Assembly: GCA_964509455.1 (NCBI GenBank)
Contig: CAZDXS010000075.1
Coordinates: 7,131 to 71,130 of the forward strand
DNA length: 64,000 bases
Reading direction: 5' to 3'
Source of the DNA: an uncultured Enterobacteriaceae bacterium
GTDB taxonomy: Bacteria > Pseudomonadota > Gammaproteobacteria > Eutrophobiales > Eutrophobiaceae
This document shows, piece by piece, positions 44,539 through 54,802 of this stretch. Each line of letters starts with the position of its first letter. The stretch's first letter is position 1. The translations under genes were made by a program, and so were the position numbers. Under the pieces are notes generated by a model. The model was not told the origin of the DNA and did no database searches. It worked only from the letters and a program-made list of their open reading frames with translations.

Positions 44539-45359
44539 CGGGCCCGCTTCAATCCCGTGGGGGTGAAGTCCCGGTCAGCCAGGTTGGTGCGGAAGCGATA
44601 GTCCGACCAGGTCAACACGGTGCTTTTGCCGGTCAGGTGGTTCTCCATGGTCAGGACGCCGGCGTACCAGTATTTTCCCAGGTACTGCGCATAGTCGCTC
44701 ACGGTGAGCGTCTTGAGCAACTCGTTGCGGCGGTCGTAGTATTCCACTTTCCAGGTGCGCAACTGGTCCCGGTCCTGCCACGCCAGCTGGCGGCTGTAGC
44801 CGGAGCGGCGGTCGGCGGGAATGCGCTCGGTGACGGCGCAGGTCAGCGCCCCGCAGGGCTCGTCGCGCAGGTAGCGGTAGGAGTACTTCTCCACCTCCTG
44901 GGCGGCCATGTCTTCGTAGGAAAACTCGCTGCCCATGAAAGAACCAGAGCGGTTGGCGGAGCTGATGCGCTTGACTCGCTTCAGGGCGGGCAGGTACAGC
45001 CACTGGTCGTCCGCTTCCGTCTTGTGCGTGTGCACCAGGAAGGCCGTGCCTTCCACGTCGCGCGGCTCGTCAAATACGAACAGGATCTTGTTGCCGTCGT
45101 CTGCCGTCTCCAGGGTCTTCACCCGGAGTGCGCGGCGGCTTTCCTGGCCTCTCTTGTTGCGCAACACCATGACCTGGCGGGCGGTGAAATCGCCGAAGCC
45201 CTGGGCCCGCTGGTCGGCTTCCCGGGCGATGGCCAAACCCAGCGCCGCCGCGTCGGCGCCGCCCGCCGCGGCCTCGGCGCCGCCCGCCGCGGCGGCATCG
45301 GCGCCCAGCGCCGCCGGCGCCCCGCCCCAGCACGTCGCCGCGATGAAAAACGCACCCAT
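44535..45359 (-). CDS. LolA-like outer-membrane lipoprotein-sorting family protein (DUF1329-like)
   Basis: The ORF is about 275 aa with the signal peptide MGAFFIAATCWGGAPAALG. It is in a conserved trio with the RND gene. A GADAAAAGG x2 low-complexity repeat lies near the N-terminus. Confidence 0.5.
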   Translation of the reverse strand: MGAFFIAATCWGGAPAALGADAAAAGGAEAAAGGADAAALGLAIAREADQRAQGFGDFTARQVMVLRNKRGQESRRALRVKTLETADDGNKILFVFDEPRDVEGTAFLVHTHKTEADDQWLYLPALKRVKRISSANRSGSFMGSEFSYEDMAAQEVEKYSYRYLRDEPCGALTCAVTERIPADRRSGYSRQLAWQDRDQLRTWKVEYYDRRNELLKTLTVSDYAQYLGKYWYAGVLTMENHLTGKSTVLTWSDYRFRTNLADRDFTPTGLKRAR

Positions 45360-45406
45360 GCCCTGGACGCCGCGCCGCCCGCGACGGGCGAATGAACGAA
45401 AGGAGC

Positions 45407-47758
45407 TCATAGCTTCCCCCGGTCCACGGTCAGCAACAGCGGCGGCAACAGCAGAAAATCAGCAAGCAACGCAAACACGATGGCGCCGCTCACCATCAAC
45501 CCCAGGGACCAGCTGACCTCGAACCCCGACAAGGTGAAGACCAAAAAGCCCGCGGCCAGCATCAGGGTGGTGGTCCACAGGGCCGGCCCCACGGTGCGGA
45601 ACGTGTAGCGCACCGCCTCCGCTGCCGGGTTTCCCGCGCGCCGCGACGCCAGGTACTTGCTGAGAAAATGCGTCGTGTCGTCGACGATGACGCCGAACGC
45701 GATGGCGGTCATCACGGACCCGGCCAGCCCCACCTTGCCCACCAGGTAGCCCCAGGCGCCGGAGCTCATGGCCGCGGGAATGAGATTGGGCGCCAGGCTG
45801 AGCAACCCCAGGCGCGCGCTTCGGAACGCCAGGACAAACACGAAAGAGATGACGACCATGGCGATGATCGTGGCGCGCAGCATGCTCTCGATGTTGCGTT
45901 GCGACAAGTGGGCAAAGGTGATGCTGAGGCCGGTAGCGGGCGTTGCAAGGTCGGGCTCGTTGGTGCGCAACCAGGCCTGGGCGCGCGCGTCCAGTTCGCG
46001 CAACTGTTGCGAGGACACGTGGCCGCGCACCGTTGCGGTCAGGCGGGCGGCGGACCGGGCCGTGTCCAGTCGGTGGTTGAGATCCATGCCGAAAGGCAAC
46101 GACAACTCGTACAGCAACAGGTACTGGGCGGCGAGTTCCGCGGCGCCGGGCAGACGATAAAAGGCCGGGTCATCGCCGTGCATGTTGCGGTTGAGGCGCT
46201 TCATCACGTCCGTGAAAGCCTGGACGTGGGAGACCTCCGGTTGCTCACGCAACCAGGCGGCGAACTCATCGACGGCGCGCAGGTAGTCGGGCTCGGTAAT
46301 GCCGCCGGCGCGCCCGGCTTCCAGGGAGTATTCCAGCGTCTCCATGCCGGTCAGGTTTGCCAGCACGAAGTCCGTATCGCGCCGAAACCGGTACTTCTCG
46401 TCGAAGTACTGCGTCCAGTTGTCGGTCAGCTCGTTGCGGGGAATGCCCGCCAGCAACGCCAGCACCAGCAGGGAAACCGACCAGAGCAACGCCCGGCGGC
46501 GGGCGATGACAAACTCGGCGAGGCGTTCAGCGATGCGCGGCCGGCGGGCGCGTCGCGGCCGCAACGGCAACACGCACAGCAGGGCCGGCAACAAGGTCAT
46601 GGAATAGACCAAGGCGCACAACACGCCGCACGCCACCAGGTTGCCCAGCACGTGAAACGGCGGCGAATCCGAAGAGTTCAGGGTGAGAAACCCGCCGGCG
46701 GTGGTGACCGAGGTGAGCAACACCGGCCAGGCGTTGCTGCGCAGCGAGGCGCGCACCGCCGCCCTTTTCTCCAGCCCGGCGGCCATGCCGGCCAGCACGG
46801 TGGCGATGATGTGAATGGAATCCGCCACGGCAATGGTCATGATGATGAGCGGCACGCCGGCGTTGACGGGATTGAACACCGTGCCGATCCAGCCGGCGAA
46901 TCCCATGGCGGTGTTCACGGTGAACATCACCACGAGGAGGGTCGCTATGACGCCCGGCACGGAACGCAGCAACAGGGCGCCCGCCAACAGGATGACCAGC
47001 AACACGACCGGCGCCAGGTTTTCCATGTCGTCCCTGGCGGCGTCCGCAAAAGCGCGGTTCAACGGCACGTCGCCGGTGAGATAACAGCGGATTGCCGGGC
47101 GGGACGCACACTCTTGTTCCAGCAATGCATCCAGGTAGTCGGTGATCTCCAGCACCGCCGCGTCCTGGTTTTCCGGCAGGGCGAAGCTGATGACGACACC
47201 CGCCGCGCGTCCGTCCCGGGCGACCAGGCGCCCGACCAGCTCGGTCGAACCCAGGGCAATCTCCGCCGCGCGCGCCAGGCCGGCGTCATCCAGGGAAGCC
47301 CCCCCGGTGACCAGGGGTTGCACTACCAGGTCGTCCCCCTGCGCTTCGCTGTGGTTGTAGTTGGTGAGGGAGTCGACCCGGGCGGCGTACGGCGCGCGCC
47401 AGGCCGCCTCGGTCACGGCCTCCACCGCGCCCAGGGCCTGGCGGGTGAACACCGTGCCGGACTGCGGCGCCACGGCGATGAGCGCCGCGTTGGATCGGGC
47501 ATAGGTTGCTTCCATGGCGTCGAACGCCGCCAGGTGCGGGTTGTCCGCCGCGAACAGGCTGCGGTAATCATTGGTTGTGCCGATGAAGCGGGCGCCGCCG
47601 GTCATGCCCAACATGAACAGGGTCGCCAGCGCGAGGACCGGCCAGGGGCGCCGCAGGATGAAATCAAGGCAGGTCTCCAACAGCGCCGGCAACCGGGTGA
47701 CGACCATGACGGACGATAAGGAAACAGCGCGACGGGAGCCGGCGACCCTTCTGGTCAC
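45407..47758 (-). CDS. RND-superfamily (MMPL/HpnN-like) exporter
   Basis: The ORF is 783 aa with 12 TM helices in two 6-TM bundles and periplasmic loops. It is adjacent to LolA-like and beta-barrel genes. Confidence 0.8.
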   Translation of the reverse strand: MTRRVAGSRRAVSLSSVMVVTRLPALLETCLDFILRRPWPVLALATLFMLGMTGGARFIGTTNDYRSLFAADNPHLAAFDAMEATYARSNAALIAVAPQSGTVFTRQALGAVEAVTEAAWRAPYAARVDSLTNYNHSEAQGDDLVVQPLVTGGASLDDAGLARAAEIALGSTELVGRLVARDGRAAGVVISFALPENQDAAVLEITDYLDALLEQECASRPAIRCYLTGDVPLNRAFADAARDDMENLAPVVLLVILLAGALLLRSVPGVIATLLVVMFTVNTAMGFAGWIGTVFNPVNAGVPLIIMTIAVADSIHIIATVLAGMAAGLEKRAAVRASLRSNAWPVLLTSVTTAGGFLTLNSSDSPPFHVLGNLVACGVLCALVYSMTLLPALLCVLPLRPRRARRPRIAERLAEFVIARRRALLWSVSLLVLALLAGIPRNELTDNWTQYFDEKYRFRRDTDFVLANLTGMETLEYSLEAGRAGGITEPDYLRAVDEFAAWLREQPEVSHVQAFTDVMKRLNRNMHGDDPAFYRLPGAAELAAQYLLLYELSLPFGMDLNHRLDTARSAARLTATVRGHVSSQQLRELDARAQAWLRTNEPDLATPATGLSITFAHLSQRNIESMLRATIIAMVVISFVFVLAFRSARLGLLSLAPNLIPAAMSSGAWGYLVGKVGLAGSVMTAIAFGVIVDDTTHFLSKYLASRRAGNPAAEAVRYTFRTVGPALWTTTLMLAAGFLVFTLSGFEVSWSLGLMVSGAIVFALLADFLLLPPLLLTVDRGKL

Positions 47759-48921
47759 CAGTCGCGGGTGCGCTCCGCCGCCGCGGCGTCCGGCAACACG
47801 TAGCTGATGCCATGCCGTTCATAGTGGGAGATGTGCGCTATCATCTCGAAGCTGTGGGAAATGCGGCTGGAAATCCAGCGGTTGGCGAAAGCGGTCGCCC
47901 GTTGCTCTAGGGCGAAAAAGAGCAGACTCCCCCAGGTGTTCAGCTTGGGGTATTGCAACGCGTCCGCCAGTTCATCGCCGATGAGCGCGCGGGACAGGCG
48001 GAACACCCGGCGCACCAGCCGCTGGGCGACGCGCCCGTCGACGCCCACCAGTTCCGGCACCGAGTTGATCAGGGTGTTCGCCATCACCACCGACTCCAGG
48101 GAAGGCGGGGGCTCGCACAACAGGGCCAGGTCGAACAGGGTTTTCGCTCTTTCCTCGTCGTCGGTGAGCAACGCTTCCGGCACGCCCATGAGGTAGCCCA
48201 CGTAACGCCAGATCAGCATGAAGCTTTGCCGCTCCTCGGCGGTGGGGCGCAGATACAGCAGGCGCTGAATGTGCTTCAACACCCGCGCGGAAAACACCGT
48301 GTTGGCCAGAGCCATGTGGGCGGCGCTGGCGGGAATGCCCCAGGCGTCGGTTTCCCAGTCCGTCTGGGCGCTTACCAGGCGCCGGATCTGCGCATGCACC
48401 AAGCGAATGCGTATGGACAGCTTCCAGCCCTCGTTGTACGGCTCCAGTCCGTGGGGCAGGAAAATCTCCATCTGGTGCCGGTTGTTCTGCTTCAGCCGGC
48501 GCTTGCCCTGGTCGCCGGTCAACAACCGCCCGGTGTACATGAACGTCTTGGCGATGCCGCTGGTGAAGCCCTCCACCAGGCCGGCGCCGGCCAGGGCGGC
48601 GGTGAACACGTAAGGATAGCGATAGAATAGCCTTGAGCCGGGCAGGGTCGCCGCCGGGTCGAACCAGTCGGGCCGGGTCTCCAGCTCCTCGAACAAGGCG
48701 ATAAGGGACGCCGGCGCGTCTTGCAGGCCTTTCTTGTCCCGCGCCATGGCCGCCTCGATGAAACGGGCGGATTTTTCCCGCCCCAGCGGCGCTAGGTCTT
48801 CAATGACCGCGTCCGCCGCCGGGTCGCCGATAAACAGGTGCTCGAGGTACGAAGCCGCCAGCTCGGGGTTCACGGCCCGGGCTTTTTCGTAGCCGTCGGC
48901 GTAATCTGATGGTATGCGCAT
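47755..48921 (-). CDS. DUF2236/MpaB-family oxygenase-like protein
   Basis: The ORF is 388 aa. The family assignment is tentative and rests on the overall motif pattern (YTGRLL, HAQIRRL). Confidence 0.45.
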   Translation of the reverse strand: MRIPSDYADGYEKARAVNPELAASYLEHLFIGDPAADAVIEDLAPLGREKSARFIEAAMARDKKGLQDAPASLIALFEELETRPDWFDPAATLPGSRLFYRYPYVFTAALAGAGLVEGFTSGIAKTFMYTGRLLTGDQGKRRLKQNNRHQMEIFLPHGLEPYNEGWKLSIRIRLVHAQIRRLVSAQTDWETDAWGIPASAAHMALANTVFSARVLKHIQRLLYLRPTAEERQSFMLIWRYVGYLMGVPEALLTDDEERAKTLFDLALLCEPPPSLESVVMANTLINSVPELVGVDGRVAQRLVRRVFRLSRALIGDELADALQYPKLNTWGSLLFFALEQRATAFANRWISSRISHSFEMIAHISHYERHGISYVLPDAAAAERTRDW

Positions 48922-49474
48922 TGCTTGCTGTCAGTCGTGTTTGTGTGCGCGTACGGAACCGGGCACGCATTGCGTCAACAGGAGAACCAGCCCTGCAAAT
49001 CCGCCATGCGGGACGCCGCGCAACAGGGGTTTGCCGCGTTGCCGCCCCAGGACCCGCTTTGCGGTCCTGGGCGCACACGACGCCCCGCAGTATACCGCTT
49101 TGAGCGGCGGGCTGTCCACCTGTTTTGCCTTGCCCCGCCGGCGCAAATTCTGGCTGGCCTCCGTTCTCAAGGTCAAGATATCGTTCCCGGTCGCTGTGCA
49201 AGAGTAGCAGAACCGGGTTGCGTTTGCCGGTTTTTGTGCCGGCGGCTCGCATGTCTGGCGCGATTCCGGACAAAACATTGCAATTTTTACGGCGGTGTAC
49301 TATGCTCCGGAGCAGGACGTGGTTGAACTGACTTGTATGTTGCACTGTGAGGGCTATGAGAAAAGACATCGCTGTTCGTTTCCGGGCATGCCCGCGGCCT
49401 GTTCCGGCACGGCCGTGTGCGCCTGGTGCACAGGAACAATCGTCTGATTTACTGCCTGGGAGGGGGTTTTGAGT

Positions 49475-52400
49475 ATGAAGCAGATAACCAGAGTGCTGGA
49501 TGAACACGGCAGGGAGATCCTTGCCCGCCTTGATTTTAACGGCGACGGGACGGTCGAACGCGTGGTGCGCTACGTGCGGAATGACGACGGCAACATAATC
49601 CGCACCGATTACGACAACAACGCAGACAGCTGGATTGAGCGCATCGTTTTTGACCATGATGCGGATGGCGTCGCGGATCGTACCGAATACTGGCGAAACT
49701 ATGCGGATTCGATTCATGTCGATGTCAGCGGCGACAGTTTCAGCGGCATACCTTGGGCTGATTCTGGCAGGGACAGGGACGGCGCCGTGGATTCGGTCAA
49801 GTATTCCACGCGGGATGAGAGTCGTAACTTGGCTTACTATGACCATGATGAGGGGGCGGACGGCATCCTGGATAGGACTGTCGTGCAGACGCTGAATGAG
49901 GCCGGTCGCCTCAAGGAGTCCAGATGGTATGACCCGCCGTTTTCCTACAGGGTGGCGACCGATAATGGGAGTGCTGTTTTTTCTGCCGACATAGGTCGCA
50001 ACGCGGCGCCGGCGTTAGCGGACCTGGACGGCGACGGCGATCCGGACCTGGTGGTTGGCTCCAGGTCCGGCGAAATTCATTACTTTGAGAACACCGGCAA
50101 CGCCGCGGCGTCGACGTTCACGCAGCGGACGGGCGCAGAAGCTGACGATAATCCCAACCCCAACCCGTTCCATGACATTGACGTGGGACCTGACGATGAG
50201 GAAGACCTCATTGTCAACGCCATGCCGGTGCTGGCGGACCTGGACGGGGACGGCGACCTGGACCTGGCGGTGGGCAGGGACGATGGGACCATCGAGTATT
50301 ATGAAAACACAGGCAACGCGACATCCCCGGTGTTCACGGACCGAACGGGTGAAGATGCCGACCCTTTCCGCAATCTTGACGGAATCGGCGACCGCCCGGC
50401 GCCGACGTTCGAGGACTTAGACGGCGATGACGACCTGGACCTGGTGGTAGGCAAAAACGACGGCAGCATCGGCTATTACGAGAACACGGGCGGCGCCGCG
50501 GTGCCGACGTTCACAAAACGGACGGGCGCCGGCGTCAATCCTTTTCATGGCGTTGTCGGCGCGAGCTCCGGTGCCGCGCCGGCTTTCGTGGATGTAGACC
50601 GGGACAGCGACCCGGACCTGGTGGTGGGCCGCAGCGACGGCGGCTTCGCCTACTATGAGAACACCAGCAACCGTAGCGTTTCGGGGAACGCCGGTAGTGT
50701 TGCGGCGCTGACATTCACCAGGCGGGAGGGCGACGCCAACCCTTTCAACGACCTGGTCACAGAGAGATGGTCGGCGCCGGCTTTCGCGGTCTGGGGCATT
50801 GCTCCGGTGCCGGAACTCGTGGTTGGAGACCAAGAGGGAACGCTCACCTATTATGAGCCGACGCTTTCCTCCTATAGCTTGTTCGTGCGGGGTGCGGGAG
50901 GGCCCGACGCACGGATAATGCGGGTGGGCAGCGATGAGGATGGGGACGGCGCCCTGGACCGGATTGCACACATCACGCACGGTCCTTTCAGCAATATTGC
51001 CAGCAGCAGAATCCGCACGGATGTTGTCGAAGGTGCGGGGCTGGACATCAACGACGACCTTGACGTCAACCGGATTGATCATACCTACTTTTACCCCAAT
51101 GCGAACGGCGCCACGGCTCGTCGAGAGCACTACACGCGCGATGCCGCCGGCAACAAAATCCGCACGGAAGTTGACAAGGAGGCGGACGGCGTCCTGGACT
51201 GGGTTGAAGCATACACCCTGAATGCCGCCGGTCATCGCACCAAGGTTGCCCGGTATGACTTTCCCCTGTCCTACGAGACCGGGGGCGCCAACCTCCTTGC
51301 TTTCGACGATGCCACCGTGGACGTGGGTGATTATTCTGCGCCGGTATTCGAGGACCTGGACGGCGACGGAGACCTTGACTTGATAGTAGGCGAAGGCCTC
51401 GGCAACATTAAGTACTTTGAGAACACCGGCAATGCCGCGGCGCCGGCGTTCGAGGAACGGACGGGCAACACGGGCAACAATCCCAATCCTTTTGACGGCA
51501 TTGACGTGGATGATCGTTCGACTCCGACGTTCGCGGACCTGAACGACGACGGCGACCTGGACCTGGTATTGGGCAGGGACGACGGGACCCTCGTCTATTA
51601 CGAGAACACGGGCGGTGCCACGGCACCGGCGTTCACCAAACGGACGGGCGCCAAGGGCAACGACAACCCCAACCACGATCCTTTCCATGGTTTTGACGTG
51701 GGCGACCGTTCGGCGCCGACATTCGTGGACCTGGACGACGACGGCGACCTGGATCTGGTGGTGGGCAAAAACGACGGCGCCATCAAGTATTACGAGAACA
51801 CGGGGGATGCGGCGGCGCCGGAATTTACGGAACGGACGGGCGCCGGGAGCGCCGAAAACCCAGACCACAACCCTTTCGAGGGCATTGACGCGGGGTCCAA
51901 CGCCGCGCCGACGTTCACGGACTGGGATAGGGACGGCGACCTGGACCTAGTGGTGGGCGAGCGTGACGGCACATTAGAGTATTACGAGAACACCGGCAGC
52001 GAATCGGCGCCGGCGTTCGAGGAGCGGACGGGCGACACGGGCGATCATCCCAATCCTTTCCATGGCTTCGACGCAGGTTCCAGGTCAACGCCGGTTTTTG
52101 CGGATCTGAACGGCGACAGCGTATCGGAGCTTATGGTCGGCGCCTCTTCCGGCAAAATCAAGCGCCATGAGCCAATGCTTTCCCGGGTTGAAACCTACAC
52201 TCTGGATGGAAACGGGGATGTGGTGCGGACTGCTTTCGATGACGACGCGGACGGAACCGTGGACCGGGTGGAGCATTACACCTTGGACGCCGGCCGCCGG
52301 ACGCAAGCCAGGATAGACAACGACGCGGACGGAACCGTGGACCGGATAGAGCATTACGCCCTGAACGACGCCGGCCACCGGACGCACGCAAGAATGGACA

Positions 52401-54685
52401 ACGATGCGAACGGCGTCGTGGAGCAGCTTGAGGTCTACGTTTTGGACGCGAACGGGGACCGCACGAAGACCACTACCCATGATCTGCCCCTGTCCTACGA
52501 AGCCGGGGGAGGAACTCTCTTCGACCTGATCGACGTGGGTGATCTGGCAACGCCGAAATTCGTTGACTTGGACGACGACGGCGACCTGGACCTGGTGATT
52601 GGCGAGTCGGACGGCAACATCCGTTATTTTAAAAATATCGGTAGTGCGTTGGCGCCAAGTTTCGAGATGCAACCGGATGATAGCTCCAACCCTTTTAACG
52701 GCATTGCCGTGGATGATAATTCAGCGCCGGCGTTTGCAGACCTGGACGACGACGGCGACCTGGACCTGGTAATTGGCGAGAGAGATAGTGGAATTCTTTA
52801 CTTCGAAAATACCGGCGATGCCGAGGAGGCGGAGTTCACAAAGCGGCAGGAAAGCACAGATGCTAATCCTCTCCCGGACGCCTCCGCTACTCGTCGCCCC
52901 GCGCCGGTATTCGTGGATTTGGACGGCGACGGCGACCTGGACCTGGTGGTGGGGAACAGCTCCGGCAGCGTCAATTATTTTGAGAATATCGGTAGCGCCT
53001 CAGCGCCGAACTTTACGCCGCGGACGAGTGAAAATTCCAACCCGTTCCACGGCATCCGTGCGTTATCGAGCTCGACTCCGACATTCGTGGACCTGAACGG
53101 GGACTCGGTGCCGGAACTTGTGGTCGGCAACAAGGCCGGAGGGCTCGCATACTACCAGCTTGTGTCTTCCCGGGTTGAGACTTACGTGCTTCACGCCGCC
53201 GGGCCGGTAACGCAGACCCATATCGACGCCGATGGGAACGGCACTATCGACCAAATAGAGTTTGACTATGACGCGGACGGACGCATCGACGTTGTCAAGC
53301 ATTACACGTTTGCCCAGAGCGGAGCGGCATCCTCCGCGCGAACCGAGTATTTTGGCAACGACAGCGATAGCGTGGCGGTTAAAACCGAATACGACAGCAA
53401 CGCGGACGGCACGGTGGACCGAATTGAACTGGACGAAGATGCGGACGGCACGGTGGACTGGATCGAGCGCCTCAGGGAATGGAACGCCGCCGGCGCGGCG
53501 ACGCGGCGCGATATTGACCGGGACGGCGACGGCACGATTGACGTTATCGAATGCTACAAGCTTAATGTTAACGGCGTTGCCCTCCAGAAAACGTACAAGC
53601 GCCCTGCCCCGCCCAACTCCTACGAGAAGATCGAGTTCTTTGATGGGCAGGAGCGCTTGTTGGCCGAGGTCAAGGATACTGACGGAGACGCAACCCTGGA
53701 CACTCTGAACTATGAGTCCGGGGTTGAGGTTACGTCCCGGCTGGTGGTTGCCGCGACCGCCGGTCCGGTAGTGGGTCATATTGACGCCAATGATCTGGCG
53801 GGCGTAAACCGGATCAACCTGGCGGGCGCCGGCGACGGCAACACGGACCTGACCATTTCCACCGAGGCGCTGAATATTTTTGTGCCGGCTAACGACAACA
53901 GCAGTTACCAATTGCGGATTGACGGCGATGGCGGTGACACCCTGCGGTTCGTTGCGAGTGACTTCACCAAGGGGGCTGATGTTACCGTTGACGACGTGCG
54001 CTACGAGAAATACAGCTGGGCGACCCGCAGTTTTATCGTTGCCTCGACCGTGGAGATTGAAGCGGTCAGAACAGTCCGCACTGATTTTTATGACGATGAC
54101 GGCAGCCATATTGACCGTTCCGAGTTCGACGCCGACGGGGACGGCGCCAGGGACCGGGGCGAGCGCTACGATCGGAACGCCGCCGGCGCCGTTGTTCAGA
54201 AAACGCACACGGGCGCTGACGGCTCTACCGAGCGCGTCGAGTTCCTTGATGAGGATGGGCGCCGGTTGGCCGAGTTCATAGATACTGACGATGAAGACGC
54301 TTCCCTGGACCGCCTCAGCTACAGCGAGGAGATTGGTGTTGTTTCCGAGATATTGGCCATGGCGGCCGGGCCGCCGGCGGCAGGCCGCATTGATGCGAAC
54401 GATCTGGTTGGCGTAACGCACATCGACCTGGCGGGCGCGGGCGCCGGCAACACGGACCTGACCATATCCGCCGATGCCCTGCGCGTGCTGGCGAAAAACA
54501 ACAACGATTACCAGCTGCAAATTAACGGCGACGGCGATGACACACTGCGCTTCGACTTGAATGAGTTCATCCAGGGAGACGACGTTGATGTCGGCGGTGA
54601 GAACTACGAGCAATATACCGCCGCCGGCGACTTCACCGGCAGTTTCATCGTGGATGCGGCCGTGATGACCCCGGTTGCCGCGTAA
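49475..54685 (+). CDS. Giant repeat protein paralog (about 1736 aa): FG-GAP-like propeller repeats, Asp-rich YD-like repeats, shared C-terminal domain, no signal peptide
   Basis: The RBS GGGAGGGGG lies 8 nt upstream of the ATG. More than 14 FG-GAP-like units (FADLDGDGDLDLVVG...YYENTG) are present. The C-terminus is ...NTDLTISADALRVLAKNNNDYQLQINGDGDDTLRFDLNEF...GSFIVDAAVMTPVAA*. Confidence 0.85.
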   Translation: MKQITRVLDEHGREILARLDFNGDGTVERVVRYVRNDDGNIIRTDYDNNADSWIERIVFDHDADGVADRTEYWRNYADSIHVDVSGDSFSGIPWADSGRDRDGAVDSVKYSTRDESRNLAYYDHDEGADGILDRTVVQTLNEAGRLKESRWYDPPFSYRVATDNGSAVFSADIGRNAAPALADLDGDGDPDLVVGSRSGEIHYFENTGNAAASTFTQRTGAEADDNPNPNPFHDIDVGPDDEEDLIVNAMPVLADLDGDGDLDLAVGRDDGTIEYYENTGNATSPVFTDRTGEDADPFRNLDGIGDRPAPTFEDLDGDDDLDLVVGKNDGSIGYYENTGGAAVPTFTKRTGAGVNPFHGVVGASSGAAPAFVDVDRDSDPDLVVGRSDGGFAYYENTSNRSVSGNAGSVAALTFTRREGDANPFNDLVTERWSAPAFAVWGIAPVPELVVGDQEGTLTYYEPTLSSYSLFVRGAGGPDARIMRVGSDEDGDGALDRIAHITHGPFSNIASSRIRTDVVEGAGLDINDDLDVNRIDHTYFYPNANGATARREHYTRDAAGNKIRTEVDKEADGVLDWVEAYTLNAAGHRTKVARYDFPLSYETGGANLLAFDDATVDVGDYSAPVFEDLDGDGDLDLIVGEGLGNIKYFENTGNAAAPAFEERTGNTGNNPNPFDGIDVDDRSTPTFADLNDDGDLDLVLGRDDGTLVYYENTGGATAPAFTKRTGAKGNDNPNHDPFHGFDVGDRSAPTFVDLDDDGDLDLVVGKNDGAIKYYENTGDAAAPEFTERTGAGSAENPDHNPFEGIDAGSNAAPTFTDWDRDGDLDLVVGERDGTLEYYENTGSESAPAFEERTGDTGDHPNPFHGFDAGSRSTPVFADLNGDSVSELMVGASSGKIKRHEPMLSRVETYTLDGNGDVVRTAFDDDADGTVDRVEHYTLDAGRRTQARIDNDADGTVDRIEHYALNDAGHRTHARMDNDANGVVEQLEVYVLDANGDRTKTTTHDLPLSYEAGGGTLFDLIDVGDLATPKFVDLDDDGDLDLVIGESDGNIRYFKNIGSALAPSFEMQPDDSSNPFNGIAVDDNSAPAFADLDDDGDLDLVIGERDSGILYFENTGDAEEAEFTKRQESTDANPLPDASATRRPAPVFVDLDGDGDLDLVVGNSSGSVNYFENIGSASAPNFTPRTSENSNPFHGIRALSSSTPTFVDLNGDSVPELVVGNKAGGLAYYQLVSSRVETYVLHAAGPVTQTHIDADGNGTIDQIEFDYDADGRIDVVKHYTFAQSGAASSARTEYFGNDSDSVAVKTEYDSNADGTVDRIELDEDADGTVDWIERLREWNAAGAATRRDIDRDGDGTIDVIECYKLNVNGVALQKTYKRPAPPNSYEKIEFFDGQERLLAEVKDTDGDATLDTLNYESGVEVTSRLVVAATAGPVVGHIDANDLAGVNRINLAGAGDGNTDLTISTEALNIFVPANDNSSYQLRIDGDGGDTLRFVASDFTKGADVTVDDVRYEKYSWATRSFIVASTVEIEAVRTVRTDFYDDDGSHIDRSEFDADGDGARDRGERYDRNAAGAVVQKTHTGADGSTERVEFLDEDGRRLAEFIDTDDEDASLDRLSYSEEIGVVSEILAMAAGPPAAGRIDANDLVGVTHIDLAGAGAGNTDLTISADALRVLAKNNNDYQLQINGDGDDTLRFDLNEFIQGDDVDVGGENYEQYTAAGDFTGSFIVDAAVMTPVAA

Positions 54686-54802
54686 CAATGCCCCTGCCTG
54701 GCAATATCAGCGGGTATTGCGTGTGCAAGATTGTGCCGACAGTGCTATGCTTGCAGATATCCGCGGACTTGTGTTCCCGACCCGCGGGGAGGGTAAGTGA
54801 AA

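Noticed and set aside
48800-49846. 348-aa minus-strand ORF across the promoter and 5' end of the plus-strand giant gene
   Set aside because: It is antisense to the giant gene start and runs through the lower-GC promoter region. It has no recognisable domains.
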